A stretch of DNA of 64,000 bases from the NCBI GenBank assembly GCA_964276515.1, contig OZ193909.1, positions 18,166,001 to 18,230,000 on the forward strand, read 5' to 3'. The notes under the pieces were generated by a model. That model saw only the letters and a list, made by a program, of their open reading frames with translations, was not told where the DNA came from and searched no databases. The position numbers were made by a program, and so were the translations under genes. Source of the DNA: Gordius albopunctatus (lineage: Eukaryota). Shown one piece after another: positions 52,947-64,000 of the stretch (position 1 is its first letter; each line of letters starts with the position of its first letter).

Positions 52947-52947
52947 A

Positions 52948-53359
52948 TATTATGTCCGTGACTAAATCGTAAGTCCAAAATTAGATCAGAGAATAATTCG
53001 TCCTCGAATAAATCGTACTTCCGATAAATATTTTATTTCAAGTAAAAATTATGCCACAAACGATTTATATTCAAGAAAATTTATTAATTGATATTGTCTG
53101 TGCGCCGATGTTCCCTTTTATTCGGATACACTTCTTTTCTTCTCGTGTCTTGCACCAGTTGTCATTCCTTCCACCAGTTGTTATTGCCTCTGATAATACT
53201 CTCTTTGTGTGTCCCGCGCCAGTTTTTATTCTCCTTTGCGTCCTTCCCGTTACTCTTCCTAGATTTATTTTGTCTCTCACTTGCTATCGTCCCGCACCTG
53301 GTCAATGCCGCGCCTCTCGTTGCTCGTCTTCAACGAATCCATATGTGACATATATGACA
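52948..53359 (-). repeat. 5' LTR (412 bp)
   Basis: Differs from the 3' LTR by about 4 substitutions and one 5-nt indel (counted by eye). Adjacent to the PBS. Confidence 0.95.
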
Positions 53360-54657
53360 TTAACTTTTTAAATATTTGTATAAATAAATAACTAATCATT
53401 TTGCATTTTATACCCCCCATAGGCATTCTCGTCCATTCCCACCTTTCTCGCCCATAAAGTGCATAGCAAATATGCTACGTTTATACGGAGTATAGATGAG
53501 TTTCGTTCCCCTTCCCTTCCCCCTTCCCCCGGCCCTGGTTGTTTTATATATTTTATTTATATATTTTATACTACTGTCAACGTATTTTTAACAAATAAAC
53601 TTTAACAATGTAAAAATAGCTTAAATAAAAATTTCAAAGCATGGTACCGACAAAAGGGAGCGGGTCGGAGCGGCTTTTCAAAAATAAGTGTATTTAAAGA
53701 TTGTAGGCGTTGATAAATATAACCAGGAAATCTATTTTATAATTGCTAAACAATTATATATTCTCAAATTAAAAAACTTAATTTATACTGCCTTTTTTAA
53801 GATGACTCAAAAAAAGTAGCACAAATAAAATAATTTATGATCTTTTAAAATAAATTATGAATAACTTTTGATTTTATAAACAAATTCTTGTCTCTTTATA
53901 TATTTATATTACCAAAATTATGTACAAATTTTAAAATTATTTAAAAATCAAATATAGGTTAGTGTTTGATTGCCAATAGTGACTAATAGGGGATCTTGCT
54001 CCAATCTCTTAACGAGACTTTAATTATTTTAAAATTTTTTGAAACATCGATTAATTTTGACGCTTAAGCCCTTAATTATGCTCCCTCTAATTGTTTTTAT
54101 TTAATGACAAAGTCGCCTAAAAGATACGGATGCCATCCATTTAATTTAAAACATTCCTCAGTTTTTTTTATCGATATTTAATTATCTTTTTGAAATGGAA
54201 TTTAATATAAAAAAGGCTAAACTAAATAATTTAACTTAGGTTTAACTTGTTTTGTTGCCATTTACTAATGAATGCCTGTCAAAATGATCTTCCTTATCCT
54301 TAATTTTGGATTTAATATTTTTGCCTCAAATATTGCTTTAGAAAATTTAAAATTGCAGATTATAGTTATTCTCACTGACGCAGGTTTATAAAATTATTCA
54401 AAATAACGCCATATTTGCTATATTACACATACACAAATCTTAAGGGTATTCTTAAATTACTTTTTACCTCACCGTTTTTGTTAGCTTATTCATCTACCCC
54501 CTATAACCATAAAATCTGATTTGTTATTAGACTAAAGGTTAAATGTACTATTATTTTAATTGCTATGCAATTTATTTATAAGTTAAACAATATAATATTT
54601 AAGTTTTATCTTGATGGAAAGAGATAGCTAAATGTATGAATGAATCATTTGTAAAGC

Positions 54658-57600
54658 ATGGCATCTGGAGCAGACGCATCGGAGATTGGCAAATGGTGTC
54701 TTATTGAGAGTGATCCAGGAGTATTTACAGAATTAATTAAAGGATATGGTAAATCAAGCCTAATAGTTTTTAATCATTTATTAAAGGTGTTAAGGGAGTA
54801 CAAGTAGAAGAATTGTGGAGCTTAGATAAAGAGCATTTTGATAAATTGAAGTAAAATATTTTTTGATCCCTTTAATAAATTAGGCCTGTGTATGGGTTAA
54901 TCTTTTTATTTAAATGGAAACCTGATAATATAAATGATGACAATCAATTATGGAACATTGAAACAGTTGATAATATCTATTTTGCAAAACAAGTAGATTT
55001 AAGTTGATTATTGTCATTTTTAGGTCATAGGCAATGCATGTGCGACTCAAGCAATTCTTAATATCCTATTGAACATAACCAATGACCAAATTGAATTAGG
55101 AGAGGCACTATCAAATTTTAAAAATTTTAGTGAAAAATTTTTACCATCAGTAAATATTTTATCCTTAAAATAAATGTTTATTTTTAGTTGAAAGGCTTAA
55201 GTCTCACAAATTGTGAAACTATTAGAAATGTTCACAATAGTTTTTCAAGGTAAATCATTAAAATTTTTAGTTAAATTTTTAATATTATATTGAATCTAGA
55301 AAACTTGTAATAACTATATTTGTATGTTGTTATATAAATCTCTTTGCTTTTCATGACTATTCTATTCAAACAATATAGACATCAACTTTTTGAAATGGAA
55401 GATAAAGTGGCTGAAGATAAAGATGAAGTGTATCATTTTACTTGTTACATACCTTTTGAAAATCATTTGTATGAATTAGATGGTCTTAAAGATGCTCCTA
55501 TAGATCTTGGTAATTTAAAATATTTTCTAGCAATAATGAGGCAGGAAATAAAACTTAAAACTTTTTATAATTTAGCTGAGAAATAATGAGTTTTAATAAT
55601 TGCCATATGTTTTAAATGCCTAAACTTTTTATTAACCAAACCAATTTTTTGTATTAATAATTATATGACCCCTATGCCAAACATTAAAAGAGGTGTGGGG
55701 GTTTAGTAGATTTGTTAAATTGCTAACTTTCTTCAACTCTAGCTATAATCTGCTCGAGTGTCTGCTCGGCCCTCGAGCATTTTTATATGCTAATGTTCTA
55801 CCTAGTGCACCGAACAGAGATCACATATTGTGCTAACGCGCATATTAAGCAACTCAGTGTGCGTGCTCGCGTCTGGAGTTTGAAGAAAGTTAGCAATTTA
55901 ACAACTCTAGGGTTTAGCGTTTGTGAACAAGAGTTTGTGGGTTCAAATTCCGCTTTAGGCACTTTCTTTCAAAAGCTGTAAAATATATCACATCGTCAAC
56001 ACTGCTGTCAGGCCTGGATAGCCGAGCATCACCCCTTACCAAATATCAAAAGAAGCTGACCACCTTAGTGTGACAAACAGCTATTGGAGATTTTTTAGGA
56101 TCCTTAGCAGGACAGAGATGGGCATAGGCAGGGGGGTGGCTGCCCACTCTAAATCCATGAATTTTTAAAAAAAAATTATGTAATGGCTAAAATATCAAAA
56201 TTTTTCATTTTGCCCCTCCCTAAATCATAATTGCCCCCCCTCTAGTTCCAATCCTGGCTATGCCCATGAGGCCAGATACACATTTTCTACAAAAAAGCAC
56301 ATGTTGACTAAAAAGAATCTTTATTTCTCAACAATTTTTAACAACTTAATCTAATTCTTCAAATTTTTACACTAAATAATGCATTTTGTGTTATTAATAT
56401 AGGTTAGTTGATATATGTTTCACCAATTTTAGTGTTTATTTTATTACTCTGCAAAATTTGGCATTCTACTTTATATACCTTGTCATTGTTTTTAATCTAT
56501 TCTATCTTCACGTGTGATTGGATAAAGGAAAAAAAGTTTTCTTCTTTTTTAATCAGTATTTCTTTCCTCAGTTTTGACATCTAATATATTAACTTTAAAT
56601 GAAAGGCATGAACAAAGGTCATATTAAAGAGTAAATTAGGCATCACAACTTGTTGCAAATTAATATATTCTTTCACTAAACTAAAGTAGATTTCTTACTA
56701 AATTTTACGTTTTTTGTTTAATAAACCAATAATTTGTTTTAATTGCTATGCAATTTATGGGCTCGCTTTTCGTTGTCCGTCCGTCCGTCCAGCATGTATC
56801 TTACTTAATTGCCGGTTCAAATCCCGGAGAATTTTTCAATAATTGCCGTGCAAACTTATACGGGTTTTTAATGGCCGTGGACTTATGCTTCTGTGAAAGA
56901 CTTTTATTTAGCTGACCGCTGATTGGCTTTACTTTTTTCGACCTCGCCTAAGCTCAAATTCCATTATTTCTTTTGGACTGTAATGTTTATGTATGGACGT
57001 TTACTTTTCCCTTTAAATTAAATAAAAGATATCTAGTTGAGGATTAAATACCCCTATCGTGTTAGATATATTCAAACCCTAACCCTAATGCGAAACTGGC
57101 TAAATAATTCCCTGCAAATCAATGCTGACCGTTGTTAACTTATACTTTATCTGACCCCGACTAAATGCCAAAATTTATATACTCATTATCATTAACAAAT
57201 TTAAAAACAAATCCTAAAATTTATTTCCTCAAGTTACTTTTATAACTGTTTTCTCATTTTATATCAATAACCTAATTATTTAAAATGGTGGCAAGGCAAA
57301 GAAGCGAAGTAGTTTTATTTATTTGGCTTATATATGGTTTTATATTATGTATCCTGAAGTGCCACTTGTAAAAAATTTTTTCATGTAGGTCGTTTCTTAA
57401 AAGATAGAAGGACTCGAGTGACCGGGAATTATCAATTTTTTCTTTTTAAACTATTTTTATTAACATTTTAAACACAAACATATTGTTTGCCATAACGAAA
57501 AAAAAATTAAACAAAAAAAATAAAAAATTTTACGGACCGGGTTCGGGCTTTGTATAAAATGAGCGGGCCGGGTCCGGGCTTATAATTTAATATTTTGACG

Positions 57601-60600
57601 CGCCGGGCTTTTAAGTTGCAGGTCTCTAATACTCAATACAAAACCGTCATGCCCAAATTGACACAATTAATAGGTTTTTTTACCTATTAGGATTAAAATT
57701 AAAGCTCAAAAGTTTCATTTGAAAAAATTATTCGACTTTTAAATAATATAGAAAAGTAGATTTTATCCGGGATAATAAAATATTTCTATATTTGTTTTAT
57801 TCAATATGCCATTGATTTAATGCTTATTTTTTAATAGTGGTTGTTAAGTCCTGTGACTTAGAAAGGAAGGTTGTCTCGATTAATTGTTTAGCTCAAGAGC
57901 TTCCGTAACGTCAGGGTTTGAGTCGTTAGGTTCGGGTGATTTTAGTGTTTAGTCTCGGTCTTTGCTCGTAAGTCTTCGTATTCAATTTCCAGTCTGCTTA
58001 TGGTTGAGTTGGCGTTAACCCAATTGACAATATACACATCCAAGAATTTATTGAGGATATAATAATCGACAAGAAGTAAATTTAATAATAGAATCAAAGT
58101 AGCGATTCGATAGGTTATAAGGAAATATGGTAATACAATTGACGGGGAAAAGTTTTGGGAGTTATCTCAGGCCAGAATATATGGATTTTAGACGTGAAGG
58201 GAATTTCGCAAGGGTTAGTAAGGTCAGAGAAGATACGGTAATTCCCCCAACGGGGAATTAACTGTGTAAAAAAAACAACCTTTTAATTAATTCTTTTTTA
58301 CTGGAAACAGGGATTCTTATAATGACCACCCAGGTTTTCTAACCCCCGCCTGTTCCCTTTATTTATTACATTTACTTCTCTTTATCTACTAGGCCTTTTC
58401 CGGCCACATTTTAAGCTTATATTTTCTTACATCTTTTTGAACTGCTTAATCTTGACCGCTCTCCTCACTATGAGGAGAATACAATACTCAATCCCCTGCT
58501 GCATAACTACACCTGCTCCCTCCTTAATCCATAATTAACTCAAATAATAAGGGAATCCTAACACCAAGGCAGGGGCATTTAGGGTACGGGTTGAGTTATT
58601 TATTGTCCCGGTCCCGTGGGGACACGACAGTGGTTGGAAAAATTTGAGCGCAAAATTTCGGGCCTAACAGGCAAATTCAATATTTCGGGCAACTCTAATG
58701 TTTCGGGCGGGGCCGGGCGGTCACCTAGAAGGGTTCGGGCATAAAATTCCCAACAAATCTGACCTCTGATAGCAAATATTCTACGTTTATACGGAGTATA
58801 GATGAGTTTCGTTCCCCCTTGGTTTATATTTTATTTTCGATTTACAACCTATATATATCTTACCTCAAATATACATTTCTATATAAACTTGATTTTATAT
58901 TTTTTGCTTCCTTATAGGTCCGATCTCAGAAAATAAAGATTGGCTGGACAAAGCCCGACCTATTATAGAAGAAAGAATGCAAAAGTAAGGCAATTTATTG
59001 AGCCCGAAAAGGTTTTTTAAATTACACATTTTTAAAGGTACAGCACAAACGAAATACACTTCAATTTGATGGCCCTGACTTGCGATTTGAAAGAAAAATA
59101 CAGATTAGAGTTGAAGAGGCTCGAAGCCAATTTGAACGTAATAGCTTGAAATATTCTATTCTTATGGGGCAAAGGAATCGTTAAAATTTTGGGGGTGTGA
59201 GGGCGTAGTTGTATAGGCTTTGTCTTTGAACAAGAGCTTGCGAGTTCAAATTTCGCTTTCGACACTTTCTTTCAAAAGATCTAAAATCACATTGTCAACC
59301 CGGCTGTCAGGCTTAACCGAGCATCACCCCTCATCCAAATATCTAAAGATTCTGACCACCTAGTGTGACAAACAGCTAATGGGGATAGTTTAAATTTTCT
59401 AATAAGTCATTATTTATCAAACTTTTTGATTTTTAGTGGGCTTCCTTATGGGGTTTTCGACTCTAAGGTTGTAACAAGAAATTTGTTAAATTATAGTTTG
59501 CAATGGATGAACTTTGTTTGACTAAAGCCATTGAGCCAAAACCAACATGGTAGTGCTGTAACAACGGCTGGGTTTAATTTGTTTGTTCAAATGTAAGTTA
59601 TAGTGCTGTTTTTCCCCGCTACTTCCATTTATATTGATAAAGCATGTATTTTGTTATAAACTAACTATACTATATGGCAATAATTATTATGGATGCTTTG
59701 CTTTAAACAGGATGGTACTGATATGGAAACCGACGATATACAATCGGAAATTAGTAAATTGCACATGTTGATAGCAGAGGAGGATGAAAAATCGCAGAGA
59801 TACAAAGTTAGTGTCGTTATATAGCGTTAAATAACATTATGTATATTGGTCAGCTATAGATTTTCCCACATTTTAGTGTAAACTTCTACGTTTAGTCTTT
59901 GATAAAAATATAAACTCTAAAAATCCTGTCTTTTAAGAATTATTTGGACACTATCAAGTGATTAGATTTTTGACGATAAAATAATAAAACTTTGACATTA
60001 CCTGGTATAATCTGAAAATTTTACAATTTAACGACAATGATAAATGAATAAAGGGTATTTTTTAAAACATACGCTGGTTTTTTGTTTTTTAATTCAATTG
60101 TGCAACTAAAATTTTGAAAATTCATCGTTTATAAGGTAGCAAAATTTAATCAATTTCTGGAATAACAATCGACATTAATTCTTTGGGCGCTTTGTAGTAT
60201 ATTTTCGGGCAGCTAACTTACCTCATTACAAGGAGTTTATATGTTGTGAACAAAGGCGGGATCTAAATTTGCAATGCTAATATATAGTTGTTTTAAGCAC
60301 AAATGTTTGATCTCATCTACTAGTTTTCTTCTTATAATATATAAAAAAAATTCTTGTAGTTTTTATCAAAATTAATCTATTTTTGAAAGTTTAGAATATA
60401 AATTGTCTGGTCTGGGCAATATTATCTCATGTGTATTATTGTATTTTAATATAATAGGTGGAAAACATTCGACGCAAGCATAATTACATTCCTTTCATCG
60501 TTGAATACCTAAAGGTGTTGTCGCAGAATGGCAAATTGGGAGAAATTATTAAAGAGGTTTAAATATTTATTTTTATAAATTTTATTACAATTTTTTGTTT

Positions 60601-60707
60601 TTAAAATATTAATTGGCTTCTCTATATCGATTTGTATAATTTTTTTTGTATATTTTATTATTTAGGCGCATAACACAGCGGCGACAACTAAAACTTTGAA
60701 ATCATGA
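54658..60707 (+). CDS. UCHL5: Ubiquitin C-terminal hydrolase isozyme L5 (UCH37)
   Basis: 11 exons: 54658-54748, 54787-54850, 54884-54992, 55024-55149, 55188-55249, 55379-55509, 58918-58984, 59038-59137, 59711-59806, 60458-60556, 60666-60707. Motifs [29 protein letters not shown] (catalytic Cys), YHFTCY...[26 protein letters not shown] about 50 nt after the stop. Confidence 0.94.
55688..56097 (+). mobile_element. tRNA-derived SINE split by MITE B
   Basis: B-box GGTTCAAATTCC and shared body downstream of the MITE. Confidence 0.68.
55707..55909. mobile_element. hAT-type MITE family B (inverted), inserted into a SINE
   Basis: Reverse copy of 39560-39765 with 8-bp TSD GGGTTTAG. Confidence 0.88.
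56117..56268. mobile_element. MITE family A (inverted)
   Basis: TIRs; TSD AGG(A/C)CAGA. Confidence 0.82.
56739..58825 (+). mobile_element. HINE-like element with nested hAT fragments and solo LTR
   Basis: Same 5' end with (GTCC)n, and the same 3' tail ATAGCAAATA..CTACGTTTATACGGAGTATAGATGAGTTTCGTTCCCC as 53464-53510. Confidence 0.6.
57842..58629. mobile_element. Solo LTR (788 bp) in UCHL5 intron 6
   Basis: TG...CA termini (TGTTAAG...CACGACA) with exact 5-bp TSD GTGGT. GC-richer than the flanks; no coding signal. Confidence 0.72.
59190..59385 (+). mobile_element. tRNA-derived SINE
   Basis: Head GGCGTAGTTG...CTTTGAA...GAGTTCAAATTTC plus the shared body. Confidence 0.7.
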
Positions 60708-61603
60708 TTATCATATAACGTATTTGTTGTTAGACATTTTGTATAATTGCTGTATAAATAAATTTTTTCATTCGTCAAATTTGTGTCTTAAATGTCAATA
60801 TGAATTTGAGATCATACAAGTACCAAGTGGATTAGGCAAAATTTAATATAGTAATCATATTTACTAATGTTTTTTATCATTATTTACTAGTTCTTATTAA
60901 ATAATAATTTAGATTTTAAATATAAGAAAGATGTATGCTATTTTTTAATATTAATTCCTATGCAATTTATGGGCTCGTTTTTGTTTGTCCATGTGATTTT
61001 TTATTAATTGTTTTGGAAACTTTTACAGGTTTTTATTTGTAATATAAGTCAAACTTTTTTAAGCACCTCAAAGGTGAGCGCTGCACAGCCAAGCTTTGAA
61101 TTTAAAGTCTTGCTAGCATATTGTCCTAATAGAAATAATTTAATTCCTTTCAAACTTATTTTTAAGGTGATTATTTCTTTACATACAGTGCTACCGGATG
61201 TAGTCTAAGTCGAAATTTGAAATACCGACCAGATTCGAGCGTTAGTCTTAGTTGCCGCAAAGGTCGAACAAACAAAATCCAGCCGTTTTTACAACGCTAG
61301 ATGTAGTCTTTCAGTGATATTTATTGATATACTGGCAGCATTTGACCATTACTACACATAAATAGTGGAATGAACAAACATTATGTATTTGCTAATGACC
61401 AGGTCATTGAGATGTTAACCTAAGCTGGTCATTCACTAGATTTTGGAAATTAAATGCACCCTAGTTATTTTTTAATACTTAAATATTGAAAAATCTTTAA
61501 ACCTTAATAATGTTTTTATCTAAAATTTTTGAATTTACGGGTCCAAGATAATATTAAGGATGCTTCAAATAAATTATCCTAAAACATGCTATGGCCACTA
61601 TAT

Positions 61604-61714
61604 CATAGCCGTTATAATAATGTAGGAAGGGGCAAAATAATATTTTTTTAATTTTAGCCCAAGTTTCAACAAATCTCTGGATCTCCCTGCCCCCTCCCCC
61701 TGCCTACGCCCATG
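61604..61714. mobile_element. MITE family A (deleted)
   Basis: Right TIR; flanking direct repeat CCACTATAT. Confidence 0.72.
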
Positions 61715-63422
61715 CCACTATATATTAGTATTATACATATATGATCGGGGTGGTGCATGCTGTAACAAGAATCTAATCCTTATACAAAGTTCATCAAAAC
61801 AAAGGGAATTCTTTGTTTTTGTTCAAACAGGGATGATGTAAATACTTTCGGCTTGTATCTAAGCCAAAGACCGTAGCATATAAATATCAAAAAGAAAATC
61901 CGATGCAATGCTTCTTACTATATTGCATTGTAAATTACAGGAAGAGGTTTAGAGGCATAGGGTCCTTCAAGCCATAACAAAAACAGCAAAAATGCAACAA
62001 CAAAGATAATATCTCATATGATAATACTAGGCTTGTATGAATTGTTGGTAGTATTACTCTTAGTACTTATTATAATATATGATATTCTATCTACACCTGC
62101 CCCCTCCCTAACCTAACCCTTCGCTCTCTTGATATAATAAAGTAAAGAACTTTACTTAAATAATACTATGATCTTGCCCCCTGTTATGGGAGAGGGGGGG
62201 GGTTGCCTTACTAACACTGCTCACGCGTGCATTGAAATGGAACCGTCCCGTGTGTGTAGTGTGGTCGCAGATTAATTTCTGTTATTGTCCTTGTTTTTCT
62301 TATACAGAACTAGAGCAGCATGAAAAAACCGGTGTTTCATTATAATATTATCGGTCGTGACAAAGCGTAGCGTATTTATGACCCTCTATACTCTATAATG
62401 AATGATGCCTCCTATAGTAATTACTTATTGTGGGGAATACTAATGATGAGTGAGAGGAGCCCCCCCCTCCTTTCTTTGCCTGTTTAATCAAGCGCGCTTC
62501 CGTTCTCCTCAAATAATAGCTTTGTAACCGCGCGCACTACTCGTTAATTATATTGCGCGCGGTTCAATTTAGTAATTATATTTAGGTCGAGATGCCACAT
62601 AATTTCATAACCTAAAAAGCATGATTTCTTTGATGGATTAGATACTCTAATATACCATGAAAAATAAATCTGTGTATGGTATGAATGGGCCCTAATATTA
62701 CGAAATTTAAAGGTAATCTTCACACCCCCCCCCGGTCTCATGTCTAATTTATTATTTTAATTATGGCTGAAAAGCTAGGACATAATAAACCGCACTTAGT
62801 CAATCAACAAAGCGCGAGAATATAAAGAGGTTTGTTTTTTTATTGTTTAGCTTCATAAAATTACAAAACATTAAGGTTTTAACCGTAGTAAAGTAATTTA
62901 TCAAAGTGAACGCAATAAAATCCGCTAAAAATTAAAAAAAAATGGCTTTGCGTGTGCATCAGCTCACGTTGAAATCGCACGTAATAATAAAGGTGTTTTA
63001 TTTAACAGTGTTCGGGGGGATGAGTTAGGACATCGAACTTAAGCCAATTTTATCATGCATTTTTACGTATAAATTAAAAGCTTACATTATTAAACATTTT
63101 ACTTTTCTATGAACCGTAGCACCTCACTCAAAAGTATATCAAATTACTTACTGTGACTAGATGTGTAAATAGCTAGTTTGCCTGCCACCCTTCTAAAATA
63201 AAAGAAGTATAAATAAATAGGGTGCGTAATACTTAAGGAATGCACTCATTATAAAAAAATGGTCTTAGTAAACACGGCTAGATGATTTTCTTCCGATATA
63301 GGGATGTTAAAAATAGCAATTACATAAATCGAGGCGAAATTTTAAGATAACAGAAATAAAAAGAAAACGGGTCGTGAGTCTGCAATATTCGCTGGGCTCT
63401 GGCGTCGCTCGAAATATAATTA

Positions 63423-63582
63423 CACTGGGCGTAGCCAGGATTGGATTAAGGGGGGGGGGCAATATAATTTCGTGAGGGGCTAAATGATCATTTTTTGAAA
63501 TATTAACCATAATTATATAATGTTTTTGGGGATTTAGAGGGGGGCAGTCGCTCATCCCTACCACCCCCTGGCTAGGCCCGTG
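63423..63582. mobile_element. MITE family A
   Basis: Both TIRs plus core. Confidence 0.82.
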
Positions 63583-64000
63583 GAGAGATAACGCCTCGGT
63601 GTATAAATTTCTGCATTGCCGCAGTAAAAAAATATTCTTGGAAATAGACTAGGCGGGACAACATGAGACTGAAATTGAAAAGCACATGGACTTGTTAAGC
63701 CATTTTTACTGAATTCTAAAGAGATGGGGGAAAACAACATTTTTATATTCCACCCTCCTCTAGCCATAGAATTTTTTCTCTCTCCTTCATTATATAAGAA
63801 AAATGTATGTTTCTATGAATGTGATGAAATGGCACTGTGTATGTACAAAATAATGCTACTTTAAACTGGGAAAACTCACTTTACAGAAGCTTTTTTTATG
63901 TATATGGATGATAGTTTAGTAAGTAGTAATTTGTAAGGATAATGGAGGCAGCTTGATATTTTCCAGAAGAAAAAGATTTGAACCAGGCTCCTCTCGTTAT

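Larger units (their letters stand above)
47483..53359 (-). mobile_element. Full-length Ty3/Gypsy (Mag-like) LTR retrotransposon
   Basis: Near-identical LTRs (47483-47889, 52948-53359), 5-bp TSD TTAAC (47478-82 and 53360-64), PBS, PPT, zinc knuckles, PR-RT-RH-IN domain order. Confidence 0.96.
46530..53545 (+). mobile_element. DINE-1/Helentron-like non-autonomous element (HINE) interrupted by the Gypsy insertion
   Basis: 5' TTGCTATGCAATTTATGG followed by a (GTCC)n tract, internal ~100-bp tandem repeats, inverted copy CCCATAAAGTGCATAGCAA at 53451, then an imperfect hairpin and CTGGTTGTTTT end. Confidence 0.6.

Noticed and set aside
62280..62370. Acceptor plus ATG suggesting another gene start
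   Set aside because: The frame closes after 16 codons and no supporting exons were found.

Overview
AT-rich animal (invertebrate) genomic DNA containing four spliced host genes that can be reconstructed exon by exon. (1) An Islet/tailup LIM-homeobox gene (+, ~10.9-19.3 kb; first coding exon not located). (2) An L-asparaginase/60-kDa lysophospholipase with ankyrin repeats (ASPG-like, -, 24529-35127, 15 exons). (3) Mitochondrial CDP-DAG synthase TAM41 (+, 38244-43521, 9 exons). (4) The deubiquitinase UCHL5/UCH37 (+, 54658-60707, 11 exons). Many introns in the three housekeeping genes are only 31-53 nt. The rest is dense with transposons: about 20 copies of a ~170-bp hAT-type MITE, two deleted hAT elements with 8-bp TSDs, a 206-bp hAT MITE, a tRNA-derived SINE, DINE-1/Helentron-like elements, Helitron ends, a MULE remnant, a solo LTR, and a young 5877-bp Ty3/Gypsy (Mag-like) element at 47483-53359 (-). 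The Gypsy element is the most unusual object. It has no recognisable capsid domain. ORF1 is a 95-aa peptide with a predicted transmembrane anchor plus zinc knuckles, joined in frame to a second hydrophobic segment and pol through a UGA-CUA readthrough-type stop. The leader has a consensus splice donor, both LTRs end in TG...TA, and the long 3' region holds small hydrophobic frames. All calls were made by eye; no database searches were run.
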